Shown here: positions 29,384-38,721 of the stretch, one piece after another
Position numbering within the stretch: position 1 is the first letter of the stretch
Layout: each line of letters starts with the position of its first letter
NCBI GenBank assembly: GCA_942492505.1
Contig: CALOFD010000012.1
Coordinates: forward strand, 23,514-87,513
Length of the DNA: 64,000 bases
Direction: 5' to 3'
Source: Thermoanaerobaculia bacterium
GTDB lineage: Bacteria > Acidobacteriota > Thermoanaerobaculia > Multivoradales > Multivoraceae
Translations under genes and position numbers: made by a program
Notes under the pieces: generated by a model
What the model was told of the DNA's origin: nothing
Databases searched by the model: none
Seen by the model: the letters and a program-made list of their open reading frames with translations, nothing else

Positions 29384-30934
29384 GTGGCCGAACAACTCTC
29401 CCGCCTGCCGCTCTATCTCACCGGGCATCTGCAGCTCTCCCTGCTGGCTCTCGCCCTCGGCGTCGTCATCAGCCTTCCACTCGGCGTCTGGGTGTCCCGT
29501 CGTCCACGAGTCGAGTCGCTCGTTCTCGGCGTTGCCAGCGTCCTACAGACCATTCCCGCCCTCGCTCTGCTCGCCCTGATGGTTCCGCTTCTCGCCTGGG
29601 TCGCAAGCCTCGGGGCGCCGATCCGCAGCATCGGCTTCCTGCCGGCGGTCATCGCTCTCGCGCTCTACAGCATCCTGCCCATCCTGCGAAACACCGTGAC
29701 AGGACTCTCGCAGGTCGATCCCGCCCTGATCGAAGCAGCGCGAAGCGTCGGAATGACTCCTCGACAGCGCCTTCGGCTGGTCGAGCTCCCACTTGCACTG
29801 CCGGTCGTGGTCGCCGGTCTGAGAACCGCAACCGTGTGGGTCGTGGGAAGTGCGACCCTGGCCACGCCCGTCGGCGCCACGAGTCTCGGCAACTATCTCT
29901 TCTCCGGCCTGCAGACCCGCAACTTCTCCGCCGTCGTTCTGGGCAGTGTCTCCGCCGCCGCCCTGGCGCTCGGCCTCGACGCCATCGTTCGCACCCTCGA
30001 AGTCGGCGTCCGGGATCGTCGCAGGAGCAAGAGTCTCTTCGCCCTCGCCCTCCTGATCGGCCTCTGCGCCTACGCCCTCGGTTCGGCCCTCTACGCAGCG
30101 CGCCCGGGCCGCGGCGAGGTCGTTCGGATCGGCGCCAAGAACTTCACCGAGCAGTACATCCTGGCCGAGGCGCTCGCCCTCCAGGTCGAATCGATGACCG
30201 GCAGACCCGCCGAGGTGGTTCCCGCGCTCGGCTCGACGGTCGCGTTCGACGCCGTGCGCACCGGAGAGATCGACGTTTCGATCGACTACTCGGGGACCCT
30301 CTGGGCCACGATCCTCGAACGCGACACCGACGAAGCCAGTCGCTCGGAACTGCTGACCCGACTCCAGGAGGATCTTCCTCGAAGTCACGGCGTCACGGTC
30401 GTTGCCGCGCTCGGTTTCGAGAACACCTACGCTCTCGCGATGCGTGCCGAGCAGGCCGACCGACTCGGCATCCGTCGGATCTCAGACCTTCAGCGTCATG
30501 CCGGCGGGCTCTCGATCGGCGCCGACTACGAATTCTTCGATCGTAGAGAGTGGCAGCAGATCACCCAGGGCTACGGACTCGAGTTCAGGGAGCGTCGCAC
30601 CATGGACCCGGCCCTGATGTACCAGGCCGTGGCAGCCGGCCAGGTCGACGTGATCAGCGCCTATTCCACCGACGGTCGAATCGAGGCCAACGATCTCCTG
30701 CTGCTGGAGGACGACCGTGGAGTGATCCCGCCCTACGACGCCGTTCTGCTGATCCAGGCGGTCAAGCTCACGGCAGACCCGGCACTCGTCGAAGCGCTGC
30801 AGACCTTCGATCACGCCATCCCTGCGCAATTCATGAGAACCCTCAACTGGCAGGTCGACGAACTCGGTGGCGATCCTGCCGGTGCCGCCAGGGAACTCCT
30901 GCAGGCCTGCTGCTCGGGGCATGAGACACCCTGA
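29384..30934 (+). CDS. fused ABC permease + substrate-binding domain (OpuC/ProWX type; EgtU-like candidate)
   Basis: 516-aa ORF. The N-terminal half has about 6 TM helices. The C-terminal half is a periplasmic betaine-binding-like domain (GAKNFTEQYILAEAL...DYSGTLWATI...ISAYSTDGRI). Confidence 0.88.
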   Translation: MAEQLSRLPLYLTGHLQLSLLALALGVVISLPLGVWVSRRPRVESLVLGVASVLQTIPALALLALMVPLLAWVASLGAPIRSIGFLPAVIALALYSILPILRNTVTGLSQVDPALIEAARSVGMTPRQRLRLVELPLALPVVVAGLRTATVWVVGSATLATPVGATSLGNYLFSGLQTRNFSAVVLGSVSAAALALGLDAIVRTLEVGVRDRRRSKSLFALALLIGLCAYALGSALYAARPGRGEVVRIGAKNFTEQYILAEALALQVESMTGRPAEVVPALGSTVAFDAVRTGEIDVSIDYSGTLWATILERDTDEASRSELLTRLQEDLPRSHGVTVVAALGFENTYALAMRAEQADRLGIRRISDLQRHAGGLSIGADYEFFDRREWQQITQGYGLEFRERRTMDPALMYQAVAAGQVDVISAYSTDGRIEANDLLLLEDDRGVIPPYDAVLLIQAVKLTADPALVEALQTFDHAIPAQFMRTLNWQVDELGGDPAGAARELLQACCSGHETP

Positions 30935-30946
30935 TCCGACCCACGA

Positions 30947-31627
30947 TCAGGCGCTCGGTTCGAGCAACGATACTCCTCCGGCCTTCACGTACACCTCACA
31001 GCCTTCCTCGACCCGTGGAGCCAGGCGACCTCCGGCCGGGATGCGCAGCCACGACCCTCGGTTGAACAGCTCCCCGGACTCCTCGAACGCCCCCGAAAGG
31101 ACGAAGACTTCTCCTCCATCGGGCCACTCCCGCTCACCGACCTCCGGAGACCAGCGCTCGATCGTCACCTCTTCGGGGAACCGATCGTCGCGGTAGAGGA
31201 TCTGCCGCCGGCTTCCAACCACCCTTCCTTCGGCCCAGATCAGGGCATCTCTGTGCAGCGCCACGGTCTCCCTGCCGGCGCCTCCGTACTGACGCAGCTT
31301 CACGAACAGGGTGCAGCCGGGCGTCGAACTCGGCCGATGCTCGAACCCCTCGGGACTCAGCAGGTACGAACCCGCGGGCCAGTCTCCCCGCTCGTCCGTG
31401 AAGACTCCCTCCAGAACGAGGATCTCTTCGCCGTCCGGGTGCTCGTGGGCCGAAAACGCCGATCCCGGGGCGAAGCGGACGATCGAAGTCACCTGCCCTG
31501 ATTCGACCGGACCCACACGATGCAGACGCTTTCTCGACACGCCCCCCGACGGCGAGTCGGACCACTCGAGCGCCGTCGAGTGCATGCTGACGCGGACGCC
31601 GAGGTCGCCATTGAGATCAGAACTCAC
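30947..31627 (-). CDS. bicupin protein (ChrR-like cupin domains)
   Basis: 226-aa ORF with two cupin-like halves (FAPGSAFSAHEHPDGEEILVLEG...). There is a 4-nt overlap with the upstream decarboxylase. Confidence 0.65.
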   Translation of the reverse strand: MSSDLNGDLGVRVSMHSTALEWSDSPSGGVSRKRLHRVGPVESGQVTSIVRFAPGSAFSAHEHPDGEEILVLEGVFTDERGDWPAGSYLLSPEGFEHRPSSTPGCTLFVKLRQYGGAGRETVALHRDALIWAEGRVVGSRRQILYRDDRFPEEVTIERWSPEVGEREWPDGGEVFVLSGAFEESGELFNRGSWLRIPAGGRLAPRVEEGCEVYVKAGGVSLLEPSA

Positions 31628-33066
31628 GAGGCCTGCTCAGCCTCCATCGCCAGCTGCTGGATCTGCTTCCACGCCTCCTCGACATGGCGCCTGCGCGTCG
31701 TCGCCTGCCCAATACAGAAGCGGATCGTGAGCATGCCGGCGAGGCGGGTATGGGTGACGTGGAGCTCCCCCGAAGCGTTCAGCGCTTCGAGGAGTCGCGC
31801 CGTCGCCTCCTCGCCCGCCCGGTGTCGAAAGCACACGAGGTTCAGGGGCGTCGGCGCCACCACCTCGAAAGACGGGTGATCCTCGAGCCATCGCCGGAAA
31901 TCGCCGGTCAGGGCGACGTGTCGGCGGATCATGCGCTGAATCCCTTCCACGCCCAGCGCCCTCAGCGTCATCCAGAGCTTCAAGGACCGGAAACGCCGGC
32001 CGAGAGGGATCTGCCAGTCCCGGTAGTCGATCACCTCGCCGGAGTCGGCTTGCGCCGTCCGCAGATACTCGGGGTGGATGCCCAGCGCACCGATCAAGGC
32101 ACTTCGATCCTTCACCCAGAAGCAGTCGCAATCGAAATTGACCTGCATCCACTTGTGCGGATTGAAGCAGTAGCTGTCTGCCGTCTCCAGACCTTCATGA
32201 ATGAAGCGAAGTTCGGGACACACGGCCGCCGAACCCGCCATGGCGGCATCCACGTGCATCCAGGCTTCGTAGCGTCGGCACAACTCGCCGATCTCCGCCA
32301 GCGGGTCGATCGCCTGGGTGGAAGTCGTCCCAACGGTGGCGCAGACGAAGAACGGGCGTCGCCCCCGTGCCCGATCTTCCTCGAGGGCTCGTGCGAGGGC
32401 CGCGGGGCGCATGGCGAACTCGCTGTCGACTTCGATCTTGCGCAGGTTCGAGTCGCCCAGGCCCGCGACTCTCATGGCCTTCTCGACCGACGAGTGCGCC
32501 TCCACCGAGGTGTAGGCCACGAGTCCGGGTTGCACGCCCGAGCGATTGCTTTCGCCATGCGTCGCACGTTCTCGGGCCGCGATCAGCGCACACAGTGTCG
32601 CACTCGAGGCCGTGTCCTGGATCACGCCGCCGCCGTCGGACTCGCTATGAAAGTGTCTCGGAAGGTCGAGCATCTCGACCAACCAGTCGAGAACCAGGGT
32701 CTCGAGTTCAGTGCAGGCCGGACTCGTGGCCCAGGACATTCCGTTGACCCCGAGCCCAGCCGAGAGCAGTTCCCCGAGCACCGACGCAGCAGAGACGTTG
32801 GAGGGGAAATACGCAAAGAAACCAGGAGACTGCCAGTGGGTGATCCCCGGCAGAAGCAGCCGCTCGATGTCCTCCAACATGCTGGAGACCTCTTCTCCCG
32901 TCCGGGGAGGCGAAGGCGGCAACGCAGCCCGGATCTCGCCCGGATGGACCTGGGACAGCACTGGGAAACGCTCGATCCGCCGCCAGTACTCGGCGACCCA
33001 GTCCACCGCGTCCCGGCCGTCCCGACGGAAGGCCTCCAGACGATCCCGTTCCTCGGAGTCGCTCAT
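31624..33066 (-). CDS. PLP-dependent group II decarboxylase (aromatic-L-amino-acid decarboxylase family)
   Basis: 480-aa ORF with GITHWQSPGFFAYFPSNVSAASVLGELL and FNPHKWMQVNFDC (PLP lysine). Confidence 0.88.
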   Translation of the reverse strand: MSDSEERDRLEAFRRDGRDAVDWVAEYWRRIERFPVLSQVHPGEIRAALPPSPPRTGEEVSSMLEDIERLLLPGITHWQSPGFFAYFPSNVSAASVLGELLSAGLGVNGMSWATSPACTELETLVLDWLVEMLDLPRHFHSESDGGGVIQDTASSATLCALIAARERATHGESNRSGVQPGLVAYTSVEAHSSVEKAMRVAGLGDSNLRKIEVDSEFAMRPAALARALEEDRARGRRPFFVCATVGTTSTQAIDPLAEIGELCRRYEAWMHVDAAMAGSAAVCPELRFIHEGLETADSYCFNPHKWMQVNFDCDCFWVKDRSALIGALGIHPEYLRTAQADSGEVIDYRDWQIPLGRRFRSLKLWMTLRALGVEGIQRMIRRHVALTGDFRRWLEDHPSFEVVAPTPLNLVCFRHRAGEEATARLLEALNASGELHVTHTRLAGMLTIRFCIGQATTRRRHVEEAWKQIQQLAMEAEQAS

Positions 33067-33747
33067 TCGACGTCCAGAAGAGAAAGTCGGATCCTGACTC
33101 GGCTGCCGTCCTCGGGAATCGCCGAACGCTTCAACGTGAAGCGGGTATCACCATCGACATACGTTCGAACCGTGTACGAGGCGTTGCCGACCTTCGAGCC
33201 CGGGCAGGAGAAGAGACAGGCGATGCACCCCGAGTGCCACTCCTCGATGTTCTCGCGATGCCCTCCAAACCGCATGTCGAAACCACGGCCTGCGCGATCG
33301 CGCAGAAGGTCCTCCAGTCCGAGGGGCGCCTCGACACCCGCAAGCAGCACTTCGATCGCGACCGGGGGGCCCTCGATGATCTGATCCGGTTTCCAGGAGT
33401 CGGCGTCATGGCGTTCGTCCCAGGTGTCGATCGACAGGGCGTTCCCCTGGATCGGCGCCCAGTGCCTCCAGGGCATCGAGCACCTGGACATCCGAGACGT
33501 CGCTGACGAAGAGCGCCTTCTCGGTAGCGCTTCCTCCGCGCCAGACGATCAGGTGATAGCCCCCCATGTCCTCGCCGTAGCCCTCGAACGACCCACCCTG
33601 GACCGTGGCGTCGAACTCGATCGCACGAGCGCCTTCCAGCACTGTGACCCGCCCCTCCGGGGACGAGCCACAAGCCGTCAGCATCAAGGCCACGACCGCC
33701 CAACTCGGCCGAACGGGAACCGCCATCCAATCCCTCCCCAGGGTCAA
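33063..33747 (-). CDS. lipoprotein (YdjY-like?), split by a 1-nt frameshift at a C4 run
   Basis: Track ORFs 33406..33747 and 33063..33491 join cleanly if one C of CCCC (33444-33447) is removed: ...DVQVLDALEALGADPG|NALSIDTWDERHD.... A lipobox LTAC follows the hydrophobic N-terminus. The family call is tentative. Confidence 0.5.
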
Positions 33748-33871
33748 TACAAGAGCTTTCTATCTCATCACAGTACGGAGACCCGAAGAACCTTGGAGGC
33801 CTGATTCTCCAGGACCCGATGGTATGCTGCGCGCCCTTGCCCGAGTCGGGCACCACCCCCCAGGAGAAATC

Positions 33872-34600
33872 ATGAAGCGCTTTAGCTGGATCGCAGCCAG
33901 CCTACTGTTCCTTGCCTGTTCCCCAGACGGTTCCGCCCCGGGCGAAACGAGCACATCCGCCCAGGAGTCCACCATGTCCAAACCGGAATCGATGATCGAC
34001 CGCGCCTCGTACGGAATCGGCTTCAACCTCGGCAGCACGCTCAACCAACAGGGCATCGAAGCCAACGTGGACCTTCTTTCACGGGGAATCCGCGACGGTC
34101 TGTCGGGCGCCGACGGCCTGCTCGAAGACGCCGAGATCCAGGCCGCGCTGACCGAACTCCAGTCCCAGGTCCAGGCCGACCAGGCCGCCAAGGCCGCCGC
34201 GGCCGGCGAGACCAACAGTGCAGAAGGCGCTGCCTTCCTCGCCGAGAACGGTCAGCGCGCCGAGGTCCAGACCACCGCCAGTGGTCTGCAGTACGAAGTC
34301 ATCGAAGCCGGCGACGGCGCCAAGCCCACGGCCAGCGACACCGTTACGGTGCACTACAAGGGCACCTTGCTCGACGGCACGGTCTTCGACAGCTCCTACG
34401 ACCGCGGCCAGCCCGCCACCTTCCCGCTGAACCGGGTCATTCCGGGCTGGACCGAAGGTCTCCAGCTGATGTCCGTCGGCTCGAAGTACAAGCTCTTCAT
34501 CCCGAGCGAACTCGGTTACGGAGCCCAGGGTGCCGGCGCCGACATCGGCCCGAATGCGACCCTGACCTTCGAAGTCGAGTTGCTCGAGATCGCCGAGTAG
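33872..34600 (+). CDS. FKBP-type peptidyl-prolyl isomerase (FkpA/Mip-like, lipoprotein signal)
   Basis: AGGAGA lies upstream of the ATG at 33872. The product begins MKRFSWIAASLLFLACS and has the C-terminal FKBP domain VHYKGTLLDGTVFDSSYDRGQPATFPLNRVIPGWTEGLQLM. Confidence 0.9.
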   Translation: MKRFSWIAASLLFLACSPDGSAPGETSTSAQESTMSKPESMIDRASYGIGFNLGSTLNQQGIEANVDLLSRGIRDGLSGADGLLEDAEIQAALTELQSQVQADQAAKAAAAGETNSAEGAAFLAENGQRAEVQTTASGLQYEVIEAGDGAKPTASDTVTVHYKGTLLDGTVFDSSYDRGQPATFPLNRVIPGWTEGLQLMSVGSKYKLFIPSELGYGAQGAGADIGPNATLTFEVELLEIAE

Positions 34601-34744
34601 TCGGCGGCCGGAAGCCTGCCTCGAGCGAGTGCGCCAGTGGGGCCCCTCGGCCAGCCTGACGCCTCGCTCCCAGTCTCGCTGAGCCGGGGCTGCTCCAGAC
34701 GCAGCCTCCGGTCTCGAGTTCGTCTTCTCGCCCTGACCGGCGAA

Positions 34745-36727
34745 TCACTCACCCTGGCCCGAGTCGTCGTCCTCGTGCGGCTCCTCGGAAGTGGCAGCAT
34801 GTAGTCCAATCGACTTCACAGGCTTCATGCCGATCTTCTTGCCGCGCGCTGCGAGACCCGAAAAGTCGAGTTCGGCGAGGTCGAACCAGTCGTCCTTGCG
34901 GCGCTGACGCGGCGCAGGCGTGTAGATCACGTGGGCACGTTGATCCGACTCGCCCAGGATGACGCGATCGAGTCTGCCCTTCTCGTCCTTGAACAGGCGG
35001 TACTCGCGGTCCTTGATGAAGCCGGTGACGTGGACCTTCTTGGCCCAGGCCAGTCGCTTCGAGTCGCGGTACAGAACCGTCATCACGATTCCATTGTCAT
35101 CGTCCCAGCGCACGATCAGGGGAGCGTCCTGCCCCACGAAGACCTTGTCCTCCGGAGCGAACACGCGATAGATGCCGTCGGCACTGACGGCGAGGATCTT
35201 GTCGAACTCGCTGGCGGTGATCTCGAACTTGTCGCCACGAACCGCTGAGCCGAAGAAGCCCGACTTCGAGTCGTAGGACAGCCTGAGGTCCTGTCGGGCG
35301 ACCTCGCGCTTCGACACCTCTTCGAAACTCGTGATCTCCGTCCGCCGGGGATAGCGCTTGCCGTACTTGTCGAGAATCTTCTGCAGCCAACGGATGCTGG
35401 TCGTGGTGAGGTTCCGCAACTTGGAGCGGCACTTCTTGATCGCCTTCGTGGTGTCTTCGATCTGTTGCCGATTCTTCTCGATGTCGTAGGTCGAAATACG
35501 GCGGATGCGGATCTCGAGGAGTCGTTTGACGTCCTCCTCGACCATGTCGCGCAGGAAGAACATGCGGAACTGGTGCATGCCCTCCCAGACCGCCTCGAAA
35601 ACCTCTTCGGCGGTCCTCGCTTCCTCGATCCGCTTGTAGACCCGATTCTCGATGAAGATCTGCTCGAGCGTCAGGTAGTGCTCGCGGTCCTCGAGTTCAC
35701 CGAGTTCGAGTTCCAGCTCTGCCTTGATCTGCGACTTGAGCTGCTTCGTCAGCCTCTCGAGCGCCTCGGTGACAGTCAGGTCGCAGGGCCGGCCTTCGTC
35801 GATGGCGATCATGCTCAAGGAGAGCGAAACTTCGCAGTTGGTGTAGGCGTAGAGCTGCGGCTCGACCTCGTCGGCGTAGACGCCGCGCTGCAGGTGCAGC
35901 ACGATCTCGACCTCCTCACCCGTCCGGTCCTCGATCGAGCCGACCTTGAGCTTGCCCTTCTGGACCGCCGCCTCGATCGAGTTGACCAGGCTCTCCGTCG
36001 TGGTCGAGAACGGGATCTCGCGAATCGTGATCGTCTTGCGGTCGCGGGCCACGTCGAGCTTCGCGCGAACGCGCACCTTGCCCTGCCCGTCTTCGTACTC
36101 CGAGGCGTCCATGAGGCCGCCCTGCAGGAAGTCCGGGAAGAGCGCGAACGGTTCCTTCTCGAGAATCGCGATCTGGGCCTCGAGCAATTCGCAGAAGTTG
36201 TGCGGCAGGATGTGGGTCGACATGCCGACGGCGATGCCGTCGACCCCCAGCATCAGCACTACCGGCAGCTTCGAAGGCAGGACGACCGGTTCTTCGCGGC
36301 GCCCGTCGTAGCTCGGCCGGGTTTCGGTGAGCTTCTTGTTGAACAGCGTTTCCCGAGCCAGGTCTGTCAGGCGACACTCGATGTAGCGCGCCGCGGCGGC
36401 GGAGTGGCCGGTGACTACGTTGCCGAAGTTGCCCTGACGCTCGATGAAGTACTCCTTGTTCGCAAGGACCACGAGAGCGTCGCCGATCGAGGCGTCACCA
36501 TGGGGGTGCAGCTTCATCGTGTCGCCGATCACGTTGGCGACCTTGTGGAAGCGGCCGTCGTCCATGTCGAAGAGCGTCGCCAGGATGCGGCGCTGGACCG
36601 GCTTGCAGCCGTCGCGCACGTCGGGAATCGCGCGATCGACGACGACGTAGCTGGCGTACTCCAGGAAGTTGCGCTCCATCATGGGGCGCAGGGTCAGGGA
36701 GTGTTCGATTTCCTCGTTCTCGCTCAT
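34745..36727 (-). CDS. parC: type IIA topoisomerase subunit A (topoisomerase IV ParC-like, short C-terminal domain)
   Basis: 660-aa ORF with AIPDVRDGCKPVQRRIL and HPHGDASIGDALV; the active-site Tyr region is AARYIECRL. Confidence 0.85.
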   Translation of the reverse strand: MSENEEIEHSLTLRPMMERNFLEYASYVVVDRAIPDVRDGCKPVQRRILATLFDMDDGRFHKVANVIGDTMKLHPHGDASIGDALVVLANKEYFIERQGNFGNVVTGHSAAAARYIECRLTDLARETLFNKKLTETRPSYDGRREEPVVLPSKLPVVLMLGVDGIAVGMSTHILPHNFCELLEAQIAILEKEPFALFPDFLQGGLMDASEYEDGQGKVRVRAKLDVARDRKTITIREIPFSTTTESLVNSIEAAVQKGKLKVGSIEDRTGEEVEIVLHLQRGVYADEVEPQLYAYTNCEVSLSLSMIAIDEGRPCDLTVTEALERLTKQLKSQIKAELELELGELEDREHYLTLEQIFIENRVYKRIEEARTAEEVFEAVWEGMHQFRMFFLRDMVEEDVKRLLEIRIRRISTYDIEKNRQQIEDTTKAIKKCRSKLRNLTTTSIRWLQKILDKYGKRYPRRTEITSFEEVSKREVARQDLRLSYDSKSGFFGSAVRGDKFEITASEFDKILAVSADGIYRVFAPEDKVFVGQDAPLIVRWDDDNGIVMTVLYRDSKRLAWAKKVHVTGFIKDREYRLFKDEKGRLDRVILGESDQRAHVIYTPAPRQRRKDDWFDLAELDFSGLAARGKKIGMKPVKSIGLHAATSEEPHEDDDSGQGE

Positions 36728-36749
36728 CTCTCTGGAAGACTCAGCTCGC

Positions 36750-38597
36750 CTAGACCGTGTCGACGATCAGGTTCTTGACGATGAAGTCGCGACGTTCGGG
36801 CGTGTTCTTGCCCATGAAGAAGTCGAGCGCCTTGTTGGCCTCGGACAGCGACTTCAGGTGGACCGGAATCTGCAGCGAGTCGTCTCGCAGGAAGGCCTTG
36901 AACTCGGAGGGAGAGATCTCGCCCAGTCCCTTGAAGCGGGTGACCTCGGGTGAGGAGATCTCAACCGTCGCCCGGTCGCGCTCTTCCTCGCTGAAGCAGT
37001 AGCGCGTCTCCTTCTTGTTGCGTACACGGAACAGCGGCGTTTCCATGATGTAGACGTGACCGCGCTGCACCAGCTCCTCGAAGTAGCGCAGGAAATAGGT
37101 CAGCAGCAGGTTGCGGATATGCATGCCGTCGACGTCGGCGTCAGTCGCGATCACCACGCGTTCGTAGCGCAGGTCGTCGACCGAGTCCTCGATTCCCAGC
37201 GCGCGCATGATGTTGTAGAGCTCTTCGTTCTTGTAGATCGCGTCGCGCTTCTGGCTGTAGGTGTTCAGCGGCTTGCCACGCAGGGCGAAGATCGCCTGCG
37301 TGTCGACGTTGCGACACTGCACCATCGATCCGCCGGCCGAGTCTCCCTCGGTGAGGAAGATCGTCGACAGCGCCCCCTTCTGCTGCTTGTCGCCCCGGTG
37401 GTATTTGCAGTCGAGCAGCTTCGGTATGCGGATCGCCGTCTTCTTGGCGCGCTCCCGAGCCTGCTTCTTGACGGCCGACAGCTCCTTGCGCAGCTTCTCG
37501 TTGGCGCTGATCTTGCCCACCAGAGCGTCGGCTGCGTCGGAGTTCTTGTGCAGCCACACCATCACGGCGTCCTTGACCGCGTTGACCACCCAGCCCCGGA
37601 CGTCGGTCGAACCGAGCTTGTTCTTGGTCTGGCTCTCGAAAACCGGGTCCTGCAGCTTGACCGCGACCGCGCCGATGATCCCGTCGCGCACATCCGGTCC
37701 GGCGAAGCTCTTCCCTGCGAACTCGTTGATGCCCTTCAGGAGCCCTTCGCGAAAAGCGCTCTGGTGGGTACCGCCGTCCGACGTGTGCTGGCCGTTCACG
37801 AACGAGTAGTAGTTCTCGCCGTAGTTGTTGGTGTGGGTGAAGGCGAACTCGAGCTTCTCGTCTTGGAGGTGGACGATCGGATAGAGGCATTCCTCGTCGC
37901 CGAGCTCCTCCGCCAGGAGATCCTTCAGCCCGGCCTTCGACTGGAACCGCTGACCGTTGTAGACCAGCGTCAGACCCGTGTTCAGGTAGGAGTAGTACCG
38001 GAGACGATGCTCGATGAAGGTCTCGTTCCAGCGGTACTTGCCGAAGATCTCCTCATCGGGTGTGAACTCGACGAACGTGCCGTTCTTCGCCTTGGCGTCG
38101 CTGCCGCCCTTCTCGAACTGCTTGAGTCCCTGGGAGAACAGCGCCCGCTTGAACTTGCCGTCGCGGTAGCTGCAGACCTGGAAGTGGATCGACAAGGCAT
38201 TGACCGCCTTCGTTCCGACTCCGTTCAGGCCGACCGAGAACTGGAAGACGTCGTCGTTGTACTTGCCGCCCGTGTGCATCTCGGACACGCACTCGACCAC
38301 CTTGCCGAGCGGAATCCCGCGCCCGAAGTCGCGCACCGTGACCGTCGCGTCCTCACGGGTGATCTCGATGCGCTTGCCCTCCCCCATGATGAACTCGTCG
38401 ATCGCGTTGTCCACGACCTCCTTGAGCAGCACGTAGATGCCGTCGTCGGGATGCGAGCCGTCGCCGAGACGGCCGATGTACATCCCCGTCCGGAGACGGA
38501 TGTGAGAAAGCGCATCGAGGGTCTGGATCGCCTTCTCGTCGTAGGCAACGCCGCCCTTCTTGCTGCCTCCTGGAGTCTTGTCGGAAGAGTCACTCAA
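36750..38597 (-). CDS. parE: type IIA topoisomerase subunit B (ParE-like)
   Basis: 615-aa ORF with a GHKL ATPase (LLKEVVDNAIDE, RDFGRGIP) and a Toprim domain (FLTEGDSAGG, IATDADVDGMHI). Confidence 0.88.
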   Translation of the reverse strand: MSDSSDKTPGGSKKGGVAYDEKAIQTLDALSHIRLRTGMYIGRLGDGSHPDDGIYVLLKEVVDNAIDEFIMGEGKRIEITREDATVTVRDFGRGIPLGKVVECVSEMHTGGKYNDDVFQFSVGLNGVGTKAVNALSIHFQVCSYRDGKFKRALFSQGLKQFEKGGSDAKAKNGTFVEFTPDEEIFGKYRWNETFIEHRLRYYSYLNTGLTLVYNGQRFQSKAGLKDLLAEELGDEECLYPIVHLQDEKLEFAFTHTNNYGENYYSFVNGQHTSDGGTHQSAFREGLLKGINEFAGKSFAGPDVRDGIIGAVAVKLQDPVFESQTKNKLGSTDVRGWVVNAVKDAVMVWLHKNSDAADALVGKISANEKLRKELSAVKKQARERAKKTAIRIPKLLDCKYHRGDKQQKGALSTIFLTEGDSAGGSMVQCRNVDTQAIFALRGKPLNTYSQKRDAIYKNEELYNIMRALGIEDSVDDLRYERVVIATDADVDGMHIRNLLLTYFLRYFEELVQRGHVYIMETPLFRVRNKKETRYCFSEEERDRATVEISSPEVTRFKGLGEISPSEFKAFLRDDSLQIPVHLKSLSEANKALDFFMGKNTPERRDFIVKNLIVDTV

Positions 38598-38721
38598 GGT
38601 CTAACTACGCTCGATCAAAGGTTTTTTCATATGCGGGTCGATCCTAGCAACGCCTCGATAGCACATTCGACACGACGGCGGAAGCAAATTCGGCTGCGAA
38701 GCACTCGAGGAGGATACGCGG

